Shown here one piece after another: positions 16,339 through 25,384 of a DNA stretch of 46,366 nt (the stretch's first letter is position 1; every line of letters starts with the position of its first letter). The notes beneath the pieces were generated by a model that saw only the letters and a program-made list of their open reading frames with translations, had not been told where the DNA came from and made no database searches. The position numbers were made by a program, and so were the translations under genes. Origin of the DNA: an uncultured Clostridiaceae bacterium (GTDB lineage: Bacteria > Bacillota > Clostridia > DUPQ01); assembly GCA_964636935.1 (NCBI GenBank), contig CAZWVS010000001.1, positions 1 through 46,366 of the forward strand. Direction: 5' to 3'.

Positions 16339-18951
16339 ATGAAGAAGTTGTCATTAAATGAATTGAGAAAAGGCTTTTTGGAGTTTTTCGAAGACAAGGG
16401 TCACCTGGTGGTCCCGAGTTTTTCGCTGGTTCCGGAAAACGACCCCAGCATATTGCTCATAAATGCGGGAATGACCCCGTTAAAGGAATATTTCACAGGC
16501 GCGAAGAAACCCCCGGCATACAGGATGGCCACTTGTCAGAAATGCATCAGGACCCTCGATATCGACAGGGTTGGCAAGACCGACAGGCACGGGACCTTTT
16601 TTGAAATGCTGGGCAACTTTTCATTCGGGGATTATTTCAAAAGCGAAGCCATAAAATGGGCATGGGAGTATTTCACAGAAGTGCTGGATATCCCGGAAGA
16701 GCTTTTATCGGTCTCCGTTTATGAAGAGGACGAAGAGGCCTACGGGATTTGGAGGAACGAAATCGGGCTGCCGGAAGGCAAAATAGTGCGCCTTGGCAAG
16801 GAGGACAATTTCTGGGAACACGGTTCGGGACCTTGCGGCCCCTGTTCCGAAATTTTCTTCGATCGCGGAAGCGACAAGGGCTGCGGGGATGAAAGCTGCG
16901 CGCCCGGATGCGACTGCGACAGGTTTATTGAAGTATGGAACCTTGTTTTCACGCAGTTTGAAAAAACCGAAGACGGCGAATACATACCACTTGAAAAGAA
17001 AAACATAGATACGGGCATGGGGCTGGAAAGGCTGGCCTGCGTAATCCAGGGTGTGGACAACCTTTTTGAAGTGGACACCGTCAAAAGGATACTCGACAAA
17101 GTATGTGAAATTTCAGGTAAAGAATATAGAAAAGATAAAAAAACGGATGAGTCCATACGGTTGATCACCGACCATGTCAGAAGCACTGTGATGATGGTTT
17201 CCGACGGGATAATCCCCTCGAACGAGGGCAGGGGGTATGTGCTTAGAAGGTTGATCAGAAGAGCTGCAAGGCACGGGAAACTTCTGGGAATAGAAGACAA
17301 GTTCCTTGTGCCGCTGGTGAAAACGGCAATCGGGGAATCCATGGACGCCTACCCCGAACTGAATGAAAAAAGCGAATACATTGAAAAAGTAATCGGGATT
17401 GAAGAGGACAGGTTCAGGGACACCGTTGACCAGGGGCTGCAGATCCTGGGTTCTTTCATGGAGCAGGTGCAAAAAGAAGGAGGGGACACACTTGAAGGAT
17501 CAATGGTTTTCCGTCTTCACGACACCTACGGTTTTCCGTATGAGCTGACAGAAGAGATAGCCTCCGAGAGGGGTCTTGAAACCGACCGTGAGGGTTTTGA
17601 AAGGGAAATGGACAAGCAGAAGGAAAAAGCAAGAAAAGCGCAAAAAACGGAAGAAGGTGTCCGGGCCTGGGGCGAAGGTGAACAGGAGTATTTCGAAGGG
17701 CTCGCTCCCACGGTTTTCACCGGCCATGGAAACCTTTCCGATGATGCAAAAGTCATTCGTGTGCTTGTAATGGAAAACGAGATTGAAATTGCGCTGGATA
17801 AAACACCGTTTTACGCCGAAAGCGGAGGCCAGGCGGGGGATACGGGGATTATTGAGTCCGACGGGTTTTCAATGACTGTCAGGGACTGCACAAAAACCCA
17901 TGAAGGCGTTTTCGTCCATAAGGGTGTCATAAACCATGGCGAGGTAAAAGAAGGGGACAGGGTCGTCTGCAGGGTAGACGTAAAAAGAAGGAAAGCGATT
18001 GCTAAAAATCACACAGCGACCCACATATTGCATTACGCATTAAAAGAAGTCCTTGGAGGGCACGTTGCCCAGGCGGGATCATATGTGGGACCGGACAGAC
18101 TCCGTTTCGACTTCAATCACTTTGCGGCCATGACGGGACAGGAAATCCAAAAAGCAGAGAAACTGGTGAACGAAAAGATTTTTGAAGACAAGCCCGTTGA
18201 AACCCGGGAGATGGACATAGACCGGGCCCGTGAAGAGGGTGCCACGGCGCTTTTCGGCGAGAAATACGGGGATAAGGTCCGGGTTGTCAGCACCGGGGGG
18301 TTCAGCATGGAGCTGTGCGGCGGAACACATCTTGACAAAACTTCGGCCGCGGGGTTGTTTGTCATCGCATCTGAAAGCGGCGTGGCCGCCGGGGTCAGGA
18401 GGATTGAGGCGCTTACCGGTGAAAAAGCCCTAGAGTATCTGCTTCAAAGACGTGATCATGTAAAAGAGGTGGCTGATATTGTGCGCTCCGGTGAACATGA
18501 AATAACCGAAAGGGTTAAATCGCTGCAACAGGAGATCAAGGAGTCCAGACGTGAGATTGAAGAGCTTAAAAAAAGGATTGCAAAGGGCTCCGTTTCCAAT
18601 GTGTTTGACAAGCCGGAGGATATAAACGGCACAAAAGTGATTGTTTCTGAAATCGAGGGGGCGGATTCCGACACCCTTCGAACCATGTGCGACGCGGCAA
18701 GGGAGAAGTATGACGATTGCGTGGTTGTGCTCGGCAGCGCAGGCGACAAGGTTGTCTTTACCGCCGCGGCTACAAACAAAGCCGTAAAAAAGGGCATACA
18801 TTCGGGTAAAATAATAGGTGAAGCGGCAAAAATCACAGGCGGAGGCGGAGGCGGAAGGCCGGACATGGCCCAGGCCGGAGGAAAGGATCCGGGAAAATTG
18901 GATGAAGCCCTCGACAGGGCCAGGGATATCATCAGGGAGGTACTGGCATGA
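16339..18951 (+). CDS. alaS: alanine--tRNA ligase
   Basis: 'FFEDKGH', 'NAGMTPLK', 'RHGTFFEMLGNFSFGDYFK'; editing-domain 'HTATHILH' and 'CGGTHL'; C-terminal 'GGGGGGRPDMAQAGG' (DHHA1). I prefer the ATG at 16339 (SD AGAGGTG). The track start at 16282 lies inside the T-box terminator. Confidence 0.95.
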   Translation: MKKLSLNELRKGFLEFFEDKGHLVVPSFSLVPENDPSILLINAGMTPLKEYFTGAKKPPAYRMATCQKCIRTLDIDRVGKTDRHGTFFEMLGNFSFGDYFKSEAIKWAWEYFTEVLDIPEELLSVSVYEEDEEAYGIWRNEIGLPEGKIVRLGKEDNFWEHGSGPCGPCSEIFFDRGSDKGCGDESCAPGCDCDRFIEVWNLVFTQFEKTEDGEYIPLEKKNIDTGMGLERLACVIQGVDNLFEVDTVKRILDKVCEISGKEYRKDKKTDESIRLITDHVRSTVMMVSDGIIPSNEGRGYVLRRLIRRAARHGKLLGIEDKFLVPLVKTAIGESMDAYPELNEKSEYIEKVIGIEEDRFRDTVDQGLQILGSFMEQVQKEGGDTLEGSMVFRLHDTYGFPYELTEEIASERGLETDREGFEREMDKQKEKARKAQKTEEGVRAWGEGEQEYFEGLAPTVFTGHGNLSDDAKVIRVLVMENEIEIALDKTPFYAESGGQAGDTGIIESDGFSMTVRDCTKTHEGVFVHKGVINHGEVKEGDRVVCRVDVKRRKAIAKNHTATHILHYALKEVLGGHVAQAGSYVGPDRLRFDFNHFAAMTGQEIQKAEKLVNEKIFEDKPVETREMDIDRAREEGATALFGEKYGDKVRVVSTGGFSMELCGGTHLDKTSAAGLFVIASESGVAAGVRRIEALTGEKALEYLLQRRDHVKEVADIVRSGEHEITERVKSLQQEIKESRREIEELKKRIAKGSVSNVFDKPEDINGTKVIVSEIEGADSDTLRTMCDAAREKYDDCVVVLGSAGDKVVFTAAATNKAVKKGIHSGKIIGEAAKITGGGGGGRPDMAQAGGKDPGKLDEALDRARDIIREVLA

Positions 18952-19292
18952 GCGATTGTATTTTTTGTGAAATAGTAAAAGGGGACATCCCGTCGGACAC
19001 CGTATACGAGAACGAAAATGTAAAGGTGATAAAGGACATTAATCCTGTTGCGCCGGTGCATCTGGTCATCATTCCGAAAACGCATATACGGGATATGAAC
19101 GGAATTGATGAAGACAATTCGCACATCGTGGCGGAATGCATGCTTGCGGCAAAAAAGTCCGCAGAAACAAGCGGGATCGATAAAAGCGGTTACAGGATAA
19201 TAAACAACTGTGGCGAAGGTGCCGGCCAGACGGTCATGCACATACATTTCCACCTGATCGGAGGGGTGGAATTGGGAGAAGGGCTGATCTGA
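18948..19292 (+). CDS. HIT (histidine triad) family nucleotide-binding protein
   Basis: 'CIFCEI', 'HLVIIPK' and the histidine triad 'HIHFHLIGG'. 4-bp ATGA overlap with the alaS stop. Confidence 0.9.
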   Translation: MSDCIFCEIVKGDIPSDTVYENENVKVIKDINPVAPVHLVIIPKTHIRDMNGIDEDNSHIVAECMLAAKKSAETSGIDKSGYRIINNCGEGAGQTVMHIHFHLIGGVELGEGLI

Positions 19293-19342
19293 AAAACCCG
19301 TCGGGATATGCGGTTGTTGCGGAAAATCATGGAAAAATCGGT

Positions 19343-19371
19343 TTGACTAAGCATTTGCTATCATGTATAAT
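19343..19371 (+). promoter_or_regulatory. sigma-A promoter upstream of rpsU
   Basis: TTGACT (19343-19348), 17-bp spacer, TGTATAAT (extended -10, TATAAT 19366-19371). Confidence 0.7.
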
Positions 19372-19464
19372 GTCATACAGTATTCAAGGATGCTGAGTTC
19401 GGTTTTTTGAAGCCGGACCGTCCCTTAATATAAAACCCACTGGAAGAAGGGGGGGAATGAGACT

Positions 19465-19641
19465 ATGGCCGACGTCCAAGTTAAAGAAAATGAGAGCCTG
19501 GACAGTGCTTTAAAGAGATTCAAAAGACAATGCGCGAAATCGGGCGTGCTTGCTGAAGTGAGAAAAAGAGAACACTATGAAAAACCCAGCGTAAGAAAAA
19601 AGAAAAAATCGGAAGCAGCAAGAAAGAGAAAGAAAAAATAA
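19465..19641 (+). CDS. rpsU: 30S ribosomal protein S21
   Basis: 58-aa ORF, below the ORF-track cutoff: '[58 protein letters not shown]'. This is the classic S21 sequence pattern. SD GGGGGGAATGAG precedes it. Confidence 0.9.
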   Translation: MADVQVKENESLDSALKRFKRQCAKSGVLAEVRKREHYEKPSVRKKKKSEAARKRKKK

Positions 19642-19676
19642 AAAAAACAATCCGGCTGAAAAGCCGGATTTTTTAT
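19641..19676. terminator. bidirectional rho-independent terminator shared by rpsU (+) and purA (-)
   Basis: Stem AATCCGGC / GCCGGATT (19649-19656 / 19663-19670), flanked by an A-run upstream and a T-run downstream. It lies between the convergent stops at 19641 and 19698. Confidence 0.8.
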
Positions 19677-19697
19677 GTTTTCATAATTTTGTCAACA

Positions 19698-20966
19698 TTA
19701 TCCTATTTCAATCAACGCATCCCGTTCCGGGCCAACTGAAACATAAGAGAGTGGAACCCCGCATAGCCTTTCAATTTCAAGCAGATATTTTTTTGCGTTT
19801 TCCGGAAGATCGTCAAAACTTCGCACGCCTGTTATGTCCTCACTCCAGCCGGGCATTGTCATATAAACCGGCTTTGCTTCATCCAGAGCGCAGTTGATGG
19901 GAAAATTCCGGGTGATTTCACCGTTGATTTCATATCCGGTGCATATTTTCAATTCTTTTTCACCGCTTAGCACATCAAGACAAGTGACCGTCATGCCTGT
20001 TGCGGCCTGAAGCCTGCATCCGTATCTGGTGGCTACGGCGTCAAAATGGCCGATTCTTCTGGGCCGGCCGGTCTTGGCGCCGTATTCATTCCCCCTCTCC
20101 CTGATCTGTTCCGCCTGCTCATCGAAGATTTCAGTGGTGAAAGGGCCTTCTCCCACACAGGTGGAATAGGCTTTTGTGATGCCTTCGATCCTTTCAATCT
20201 CATATGGGGCGACCGGTATGGATGCGCATGCGTTCCCGCTTAGCGTCGAAGATGAAGTGGTGTAGGGATAAATGCCGTGGGTTATGTCCCTAAGGGCTCC
20301 GAGCTGGGCCTCGACAATAATTGTTTTGCCGTTTTCAAGCAATTCGTCCGTCATTGCCTTGGTGTTTGCAAGATAAGGTCTTATGATATCGGCGTATCCC
20401 ATCAGGTAATCATACATTTCATCCGCGTCCACCGGATCTGAACCATAGCCTTTTTCAATCAGGAGGTTGGCGTACTCCACAACATCGTTTAAGTGCTCTT
20501 TGAGATATTCGGGATACATGAGCTCACCGGCCTGAATGCCCTTTTTAAGATATTTGTAACCGTAAGTGGGGGCTATCCCGCTCATCGTGGAGCCGTATTT
20601 TTTATCTTTTAGACGCTCCTCTTCGAGTTTTTCCAAGATTTTGGCGTAGGGCATTATGAGAATCGCCCTGTCGGATATATATATTTCACCGATTTCAAGT
20701 CCCTTCGCCTTTGTATCCTCAAGTTCCTTCACAAAGGATTCCGGACTGATTACCGAGCCGCTTGCGATTATGTTGACAACATCCGGATAGCAAACACCGG
20801 AAGGGAAGTTGTGAAATGCGAATTTGCCGTGGTCGTTTACGACTGTGTGTCCCGCGTTGTCTCCGCCCTGATATCTTATGACGCAGTCCGCCTTGCCGGC
20901 GAAATAATCGACCATGCGTCCTTTTCCTTCGTCTCCCCAGTTCAAACCAACTACAGATATAACCAT
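19698..20966 (-). CDS. purA: adenylosuccinate synthase
   Basis: 'GLNWGDEGKGR' P-loop, 'YQGGDNAGHTV', 'GAKTGRPRRIGHFD'; 422 aa. Confidence 0.93.
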   Translation of the reverse strand: MVISVVGLNWGDEGKGRMVDYFAGKADCVIRYQGGDNAGHTVVNDHGKFAFHNFPSGVCYPDVVNIIASGSVISPESFVKELEDTKAKGLEIGEIYISDRAILIMPYAKILEKLEEERLKDKKYGSTMSGIAPTYGYKYLKKGIQAGELMYPEYLKEHLNDVVEYANLLIEKGYGSDPVDADEMYDYLMGYADIIRPYLANTKAMTDELLENGKTIIVEAQLGALRDITHGIYPYTTSSSTLSGNACASIPVAPYEIERIEGITKAYSTCVGEGPFTTEIFDEQAEQIRERGNEYGAKTGRPRRIGHFDAVATRYGCRLQAATGMTVTCLDVLSGEKELKICTGYEINGEITRNFPINCALDEAKPVYMTMPGWSEDITGVRSFDDLPENAKKYLLEIERLCGVPLSYVSVGPERDALIEIG

Positions 20967-21067
20967 ATTATCGTCTCCCTTGATTTTTTTACCACATTGA
21001 TATTATAATCAATTTAAACATATTAGTAAAATTAATAAAATTTATGTAAAGGATAAGGTGAGCTAAT

Positions 21068-21958
21068 ATTAAAAACAATCTGGACCAATATCATGTCTTC
21101 TACATCGCCGCGATGCAGGGAAGCTTTTCGAAAGCGGCGGAAATCCTGTTTGTTTCCCAGTCGGCCGTAAGTCAGTCGATCATGCAGCTAGAGAATGCCA
21201 TGGGGACTAAGCTTTTCAGAAGAATACCCCGCGGGATAGAGCTCACCCGGGAGGGCAGGATTCTTCTTGAGCATGTGGAACCCGCTGTCAACCTTTTGAA
21301 AAGCGGGGAAAGGCGCATCAGCGAAAGAATATCAACAAAAAACAAGAATGTAACAATAAGCGCTTCGGATACACACTGCATGTACTATCTGCCCGACCAT
21401 CTGGAAAGATTCAAGTCTCAAAACCCCGATGTCGGAATAATCGTAGCCAACAAGACAACCCTGGAAACCATGAATCTATTGAAGAAGGGTGAAGCCGACA
21501 TAGGTGTGGTGAATCTGCCTGACAAACAGATAAAAAATGTGAGGATATGGGCAAAGAGTGAATTGAATCACTCGTTCATTGCGAAAAAGGGATTAACACA
21601 AGCCGTGAAAAGCCGGAAAAGCCCTGCGCAAATTGCAAAAATGCCGCTGATAATGCTTGAAAAGGGGACGGGTCACAGGAGCCACCTGGATAAGTATTTC
21701 ATGGACAAGGGACTCGAGGTCGAACCGAAAATGGAGCTTGGTTCAATAGAACTGTTGATAAAATTCGCGGCAATGGGCATGGGGGTGAGCTGTGTGGAAA
21801 GCGAGTTTCTGCGAAAAAGCCCGTATTCCCACGAGGTCGAAGCGATACCGGTTAAAAAGGATATAGGGAAAAGATACATAGGTGTGATAACATTGAAAGG
21901 TGTTCCGCTTTCAGGACCGGCGGAAGCATTTGTAAGCTTGATTACGGAGGCCGAATGA
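21068..21958 (+). CDS. LysR-family transcriptional regulator (probable non-canonical ATT start)
   Basis: The HTH 'LDQYHVFYIAAMQGSFSKAAEILFVSQSAVSQSIMQLE' begins upstream of the first ATG (21113). The frame is closed by TGA at 21059-21061. The only SD-spaced initiator is ATT at 21068, 6 nt after AAGGTGA, giving a typical 296-aa LysR length. The C-terminal substrate-binding domain is present. Confidence 0.75.
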   Translation: MKNNLDQYHVFYIAAMQGSFSKAAEILFVSQSAVSQSIMQLENAMGTKLFRRIPRGIELTREGRILLEHVEPAVNLLKSGERRISERISTKNKNVTISASDTHCMYYLPDHLERFKSQNPDVGIIVANKTTLETMNLLKKGEADIGVVNLPDKQIKNVRIWAKSELNHSFIAKKGLTQAVKSRKSPAQIAKMPLIMLEKGTGHRSHLDKYFMDKGLEVEPKMELGSIELLIKFAAMGMGVSCVESEFLRKSPYSHEVEAIPVKKDIGKRYIGVITLKGVPLSGPAEAFVSLITEAE

Positions 21959-22554
21959 AAATAAAAGACGCACAAATAGAAGCCACGGCGGCGGGACCCG
22001 CCCAGTACCCTGAAGACAACCTTCCGGAAGCGGCATTCGCAGGAAGGTCCAATGTCGGGAAATCCGCAATGATAAACACTCTTGTAAGGCGGAAAAAACT
22101 TGCCTATGTCGGGTCGACGCCAGGCAAGACGAGACTTATCAACTTTTACCGTATAAACGACGAGCTGCGCCTTGTGGACCTCCCCGGGTACGGATATGCG
22201 AAGGTGCCGGGAAACGAGAGACGCTCCTGGGCCGACCTTGCGGGGGACTACCTTTCAAAAAGAGAGAATTTGAAAGTTATAGTCTTTCTGATCGACATAA
22301 GGCATAAACCGTCATCCCTTGATATAGAAATGGCAAAATGGCTTTCCGACAACGGCAAGCCTTTTGTGCTGTGCATAACCAAAAGCGATAAGATTTCCAA
22401 GAGCAGACAGAAAAAGAACATAATGGAAATAATAAGGGGGCTGGAACCGCAGGGCGACACGCCGCTTGTTGTTTTTTCCTCACAGACCCGTGAAGGCAGG
22501 GAGGAGCTGTGGGAGGCGATCTGCCATTATACGGGCATCGGGAGAGAAGATTAA
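21955..22554 (+). CDS. engB: ribosome biogenesis GTP-binding protein YsxC/EngB
   Basis: 'GRSNVGKSAMINTL' (G1), 'DLPGYGYA' (G3), 'TKSDK' (G4). ATGA overlap with the LysR stop. Confidence 0.9.
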   Translation: MKIKDAQIEATAAGPAQYPEDNLPEAAFAGRSNVGKSAMINTLVRRKKLAYVGSTPGKTRLINFYRINDELRLVDLPGYGYAKVPGNERRSWADLAGDYLSKRENLKVIVFLIDIRHKPSSLDIEMAKWLSDNGKPFVLCITKSDKISKSRQKKNIMEIIRGLEPQGDTPLVVFSSQTREGREELWEAICHYTGIGRED

Positions 22555-22571
22555 AACATAAATAACATAAG

Positions 22572-22580
22572 TGATATAAT
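22572..22580 (+). promoter_or_regulatory. candidate extended -10 promoter element (TGATATAAT)
   Basis: Same TGATATAAT nonamer as upstream of the giant gene. It lies about 39 nt upstream of the ATG at 22619. Confidence 0.4.
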
Positions 22581-22618
22581 CATTCCATGCAATGCGCATG
22601 AAAAGACGGGGGATTATC

Positions 22619-24412
22619 ATGAAAAACAAAAAGGGGATAAGGCAAATATTAAAAGAGGTTTTCGAAAGTCTCGGCACGGCTGTAAAAAGATATCCCGCCG
22701 CGGTGTTTCTTTTCATTGTCGCGACAACAATAGGGATTGTTTTAACACACTTGGATTCACCGGGTGAAGATGTCCGCAGGCTGCTGACCAGTTTCATACT
22801 GGCATCCATACTCGGCGGAGCGGTCTCCCTGTCGATAAAGGACATATTTGAACAGTTCAAACCCAGACTGAGAATGAGGATTTTCTTCTGGATTGTTTTC
22901 GGTTGCTGCACGCTTTTGTATCAGATGTATCTTTACGGCTCCATGGAAGGTTGCGAACAGACCGAGTTCACAAGATTCGCCATACTGGGGCTTATCGCTT
23001 TCGTGCTTTTCATGACAGCGGTGTTCAGAAGGCGGAAAGACCACAGGGAGGCGTATTCGACCGTTGTCGGATGGAGGCTGGCCATAACATGGATATACAC
23101 CATGATAATCTGGGGCGGCATATCCCTGGTGCTGTTCGCCGTGGAAAGCCTTTTGAACGTCAATGTGGATGAAAAGCTTTATATGGACATCATCATTGTT
23201 GCGGCAGGTGTGTTTGCGCCAATTTTCTTTTTGGGAGGGGTGCCCGAACCGGGAGCGAATCCCGGTCCTGAGAGCATATACAAATTCTTCAGGATACTAG
23301 TCCTATATGTGATAATGCCCATTCTGACGGCATACACCCTGGTGTTCTACATATATGCCCTCCGGATACTGCTCATATGGGAATGGCCCGACGGGGTGGT
23401 GGGGAACATGGTTCTCTGGTATGCCGTCGCGGGAACGCTGACCATGTATTTTCTCAGATGCATGGCCGGTGAAAGCAAGTGGGCGGATATTTTCGGGCGA
23501 TGGTTCCCCAGGGTCGTGCTCCTGCCCGTGGTGCTGTTGTTCATATCGTTGGGGATAAGGATAAACGCATACGGTTTGACGGCGAACAGATACCTCCTGG
23601 GCGCCGCAGGCATGTGGATATTCATCAACATGGTGTATATGAGTGTTGTGAATTACAAAGAAAGGCTTGCGCGGATAATGACTATTTCATTGGCAGTGAT
23701 AGCTTTCTTTTGCGCAGTGGGGCCTTTCAATGCTTTCGCTGCCGGACGGATCAGCCAGTCAAACAGGCTTGAGACGGTGCTCGACAACAATCGGATGCTT
23801 GACGCGGGCGGGAATGTGACCGCAAGGTCGGACCTGGATGAGAAGACGAAAGGCGAAATATCCTCAAAACTCGAATATCTGGAAAACTGCGGGGGTTTTG
23901 AAAAGATTGATTATCTTCCCGATAATCTGACCCTGAGGGATATGGAAAAAGTGTTCGGGTTTGAATACACATATTATTACCCGGTGGATGAATGGGCGGG
24001 GAAACCGGGGGAGGACGAATACATATTCATAAACAGGGAAAACACCCGGGACATCATAAACATAACCGGCTATGAATACATGTGGGATTCGGAAAACTTT
24101 GAACCGACCCACATAACCACACAAAAGGGAGAGCTGGGATTTGTGTTCGACAGAAATCCGGATGCATCGACGATTTCAATCACTTTGGACGACATGCCTC
24201 TGTTTGAAACCACCGCTGAAAAATACGCCCCGATGCTAAAAGACGCCTGGGAAGACACAAACGGGAACCCTTCGGCCAGCGATCTTGTCTTTGATGAAAA
24301 CACTGAAAAGGCGGATATCCGCATAGTGTTTACGGCTGCCGAGATTTACGAAAGCGATGATGCTTTTGAATACGGGTGGGTGAGATTCATAATATTGGTG
24401 CGCTTAAAATGA
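22619..24412 (+). CDS. large polytopic membrane protein with a C-terminal soluble domain (DUF4153-like; function unknown)
   Basis: About 11 hydrophobic helices over the first ~400 aa, then a ~200-aa hydrophilic Asp/Glu/Tyr-rich domain. I prefer the ATG at 22619 (SD GACGGGGGA) to the track start at 22592, which would sit almost on the predicted transcription start. Confidence 0.6.
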   Translation: MKNKKGIRQILKEVFESLGTAVKRYPAAVFLFIVATTIGIVLTHLDSPGEDVRRLLTSFILASILGGAVSLSIKDIFEQFKPRLRMRIFFWIVFGCCTLLYQMYLYGSMEGCEQTEFTRFAILGLIAFVLFMTAVFRRRKDHREAYSTVVGWRLAITWIYTMIIWGGISLVLFAVESLLNVNVDEKLYMDIIIVAAGVFAPIFFLGGVPEPGANPGPESIYKFFRILVLYVIMPILTAYTLVFYIYALRILLIWEWPDGVVGNMVLWYAVAGTLTMYFLRCMAGESKWADIFGRWFPRVVLLPVVLLFISLGIRINAYGLTANRYLLGAAGMWIFINMVYMSVVNYKERLARIMTISLAVIAFFCAVGPFNAFAAGRISQSNRLETVLDNNRMLDAGGNVTARSDLDEKTKGEISSKLEYLENCGGFEKIDYLPDNLTLRDMEKVFGFEYTYYYPVDEWAGKPGEDEYIFINRENTRDIINITGYEYMWDSENFEPTHITTQKGELGFVFDRNPDASTISITLDDMPLFETTAEKYAPMLKDAWEDTNGNPSASDLVFDENTEKADIRIVFTAAEIYESDDAFEYGWVRFIILVRLK

Positions 24413-24423
24413 GTTTCATGAAA

Positions 24424-25230
24424 TCAACGTGTCTTCGTGATGCTGCAGCGGGACAATATTTTTTCAAAACAACGGTTTACAACCGCCCCGTCGGTGGCGC
24501 ATGCATATAGTATCACCGTGCTCTTGAATTCGGGGAAATAGCGTATCATCAGTTTCCCGTGTAGAACAATAGGCGGGTAATCCCCATTTGCCGGCGTGGA
24601 AGGCCGGCCGTATTGAATATAGTTCCTTAAAAATACGGAATATTCGTGGCTGAGTCCGCATGTGGCCATGTCGGCTTCGATGCTGTACCAACCGCTGTAA
24701 CCTATATATTCCTCCGTTTCAACTGAATAACCCGACAGTTTCCAAAGCGGATCGTCACAACCCAGATCCCTTAGGACAAGCCGGGTGTAATCATATTTGA
24801 AAACATCCATGACCTGTTCCATGGACAGTGTGTCTTCTTCAATGAAGCCATAGGGCGAACCGTCGGGAAGGCTCAAAGCATAAGCGCCGTAGAAAGCCGA
24901 ATGATACGGGGAACCCTCGTCAAAAATCATATTTTTGCGGGTGAGCGGGTCGAAGGCGGGAAAAACATATATGACGGACATCTTCACATCTTCATGATAA
25001 TCCGATCTGAATCCGGAGGCATTGTAGACAAACGGGCTCGCAAACCAATCATTTTCAAAGGTGGCAAGGCCGCCGGGCACATATATTTCAAACCCGTTTT
25101 CACTCATGACGCTTTTCGACCGGTGAATCGCTGAATAGACAGGCATTGTCAAAGAGCATCGGAGCGGATAGTAGAACCATATGCTCAAAACAACCACAAC
25201 AGCTAAAATTATTAAGGGCACCCTTTTCAT
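24424..25230 (-). CDS. hypothetical membrane-anchored protein (N-terminal TM/signal anchor, Tyr/Phe/Asp-rich ectodomain)
   Basis: 'MKRVPLIILAVVVVLSIWFYY' signal-anchor, then a 245-aa soluble-looking domain. I prefer the start at 25230 over 25254. No obvious SD precedes either start. Confidence 0.6.
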   Translation of the reverse strand: MKRVPLIILAVVVVLSIWFYYPLRCSLTMPVYSAIHRSKSVMSENGFEIYVPGGLATFENDWFASPFVYNASGFRSDYHEDVKMSVIYVFPAFDPLTRKNMIFDEGSPYHSAFYGAYALSLPDGSPYGFIEEDTLSMEQVMDVFKYDYTRLVLRDLGCDDPLWKLSGYSVETEEYIGYSGWYSIEADMATCGLSHEYSVFLRNYIQYGRPSTPANGDYPPIVLHGKLMIRYFPEFKSTVILYACATDGAVVNRCFEKILSRCSITKTR

Positions 25231-25384
25231 GATTAAATGATAGCACATTTGCATTGTTGTTCGTTGAAAGCAATATCGGCATGTGATATCCTAAAGCCAC
25301 GGGGGATTATAAATATAATCATCGAATCATTCATAAAAATCTTTGACATTCTGCCATAACCCTGAAAAAAGAGGAGGGATTGAG

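Noticed and set aside
18456-19253. 265-aa minus-strand ORF overlapping the alaS 3' end and the HIT gene
   Set aside because: It is antisense to two genes with unambiguous family motifs. Its composition is Phe/Ser/Pro/Arg-rich and there is no SD.
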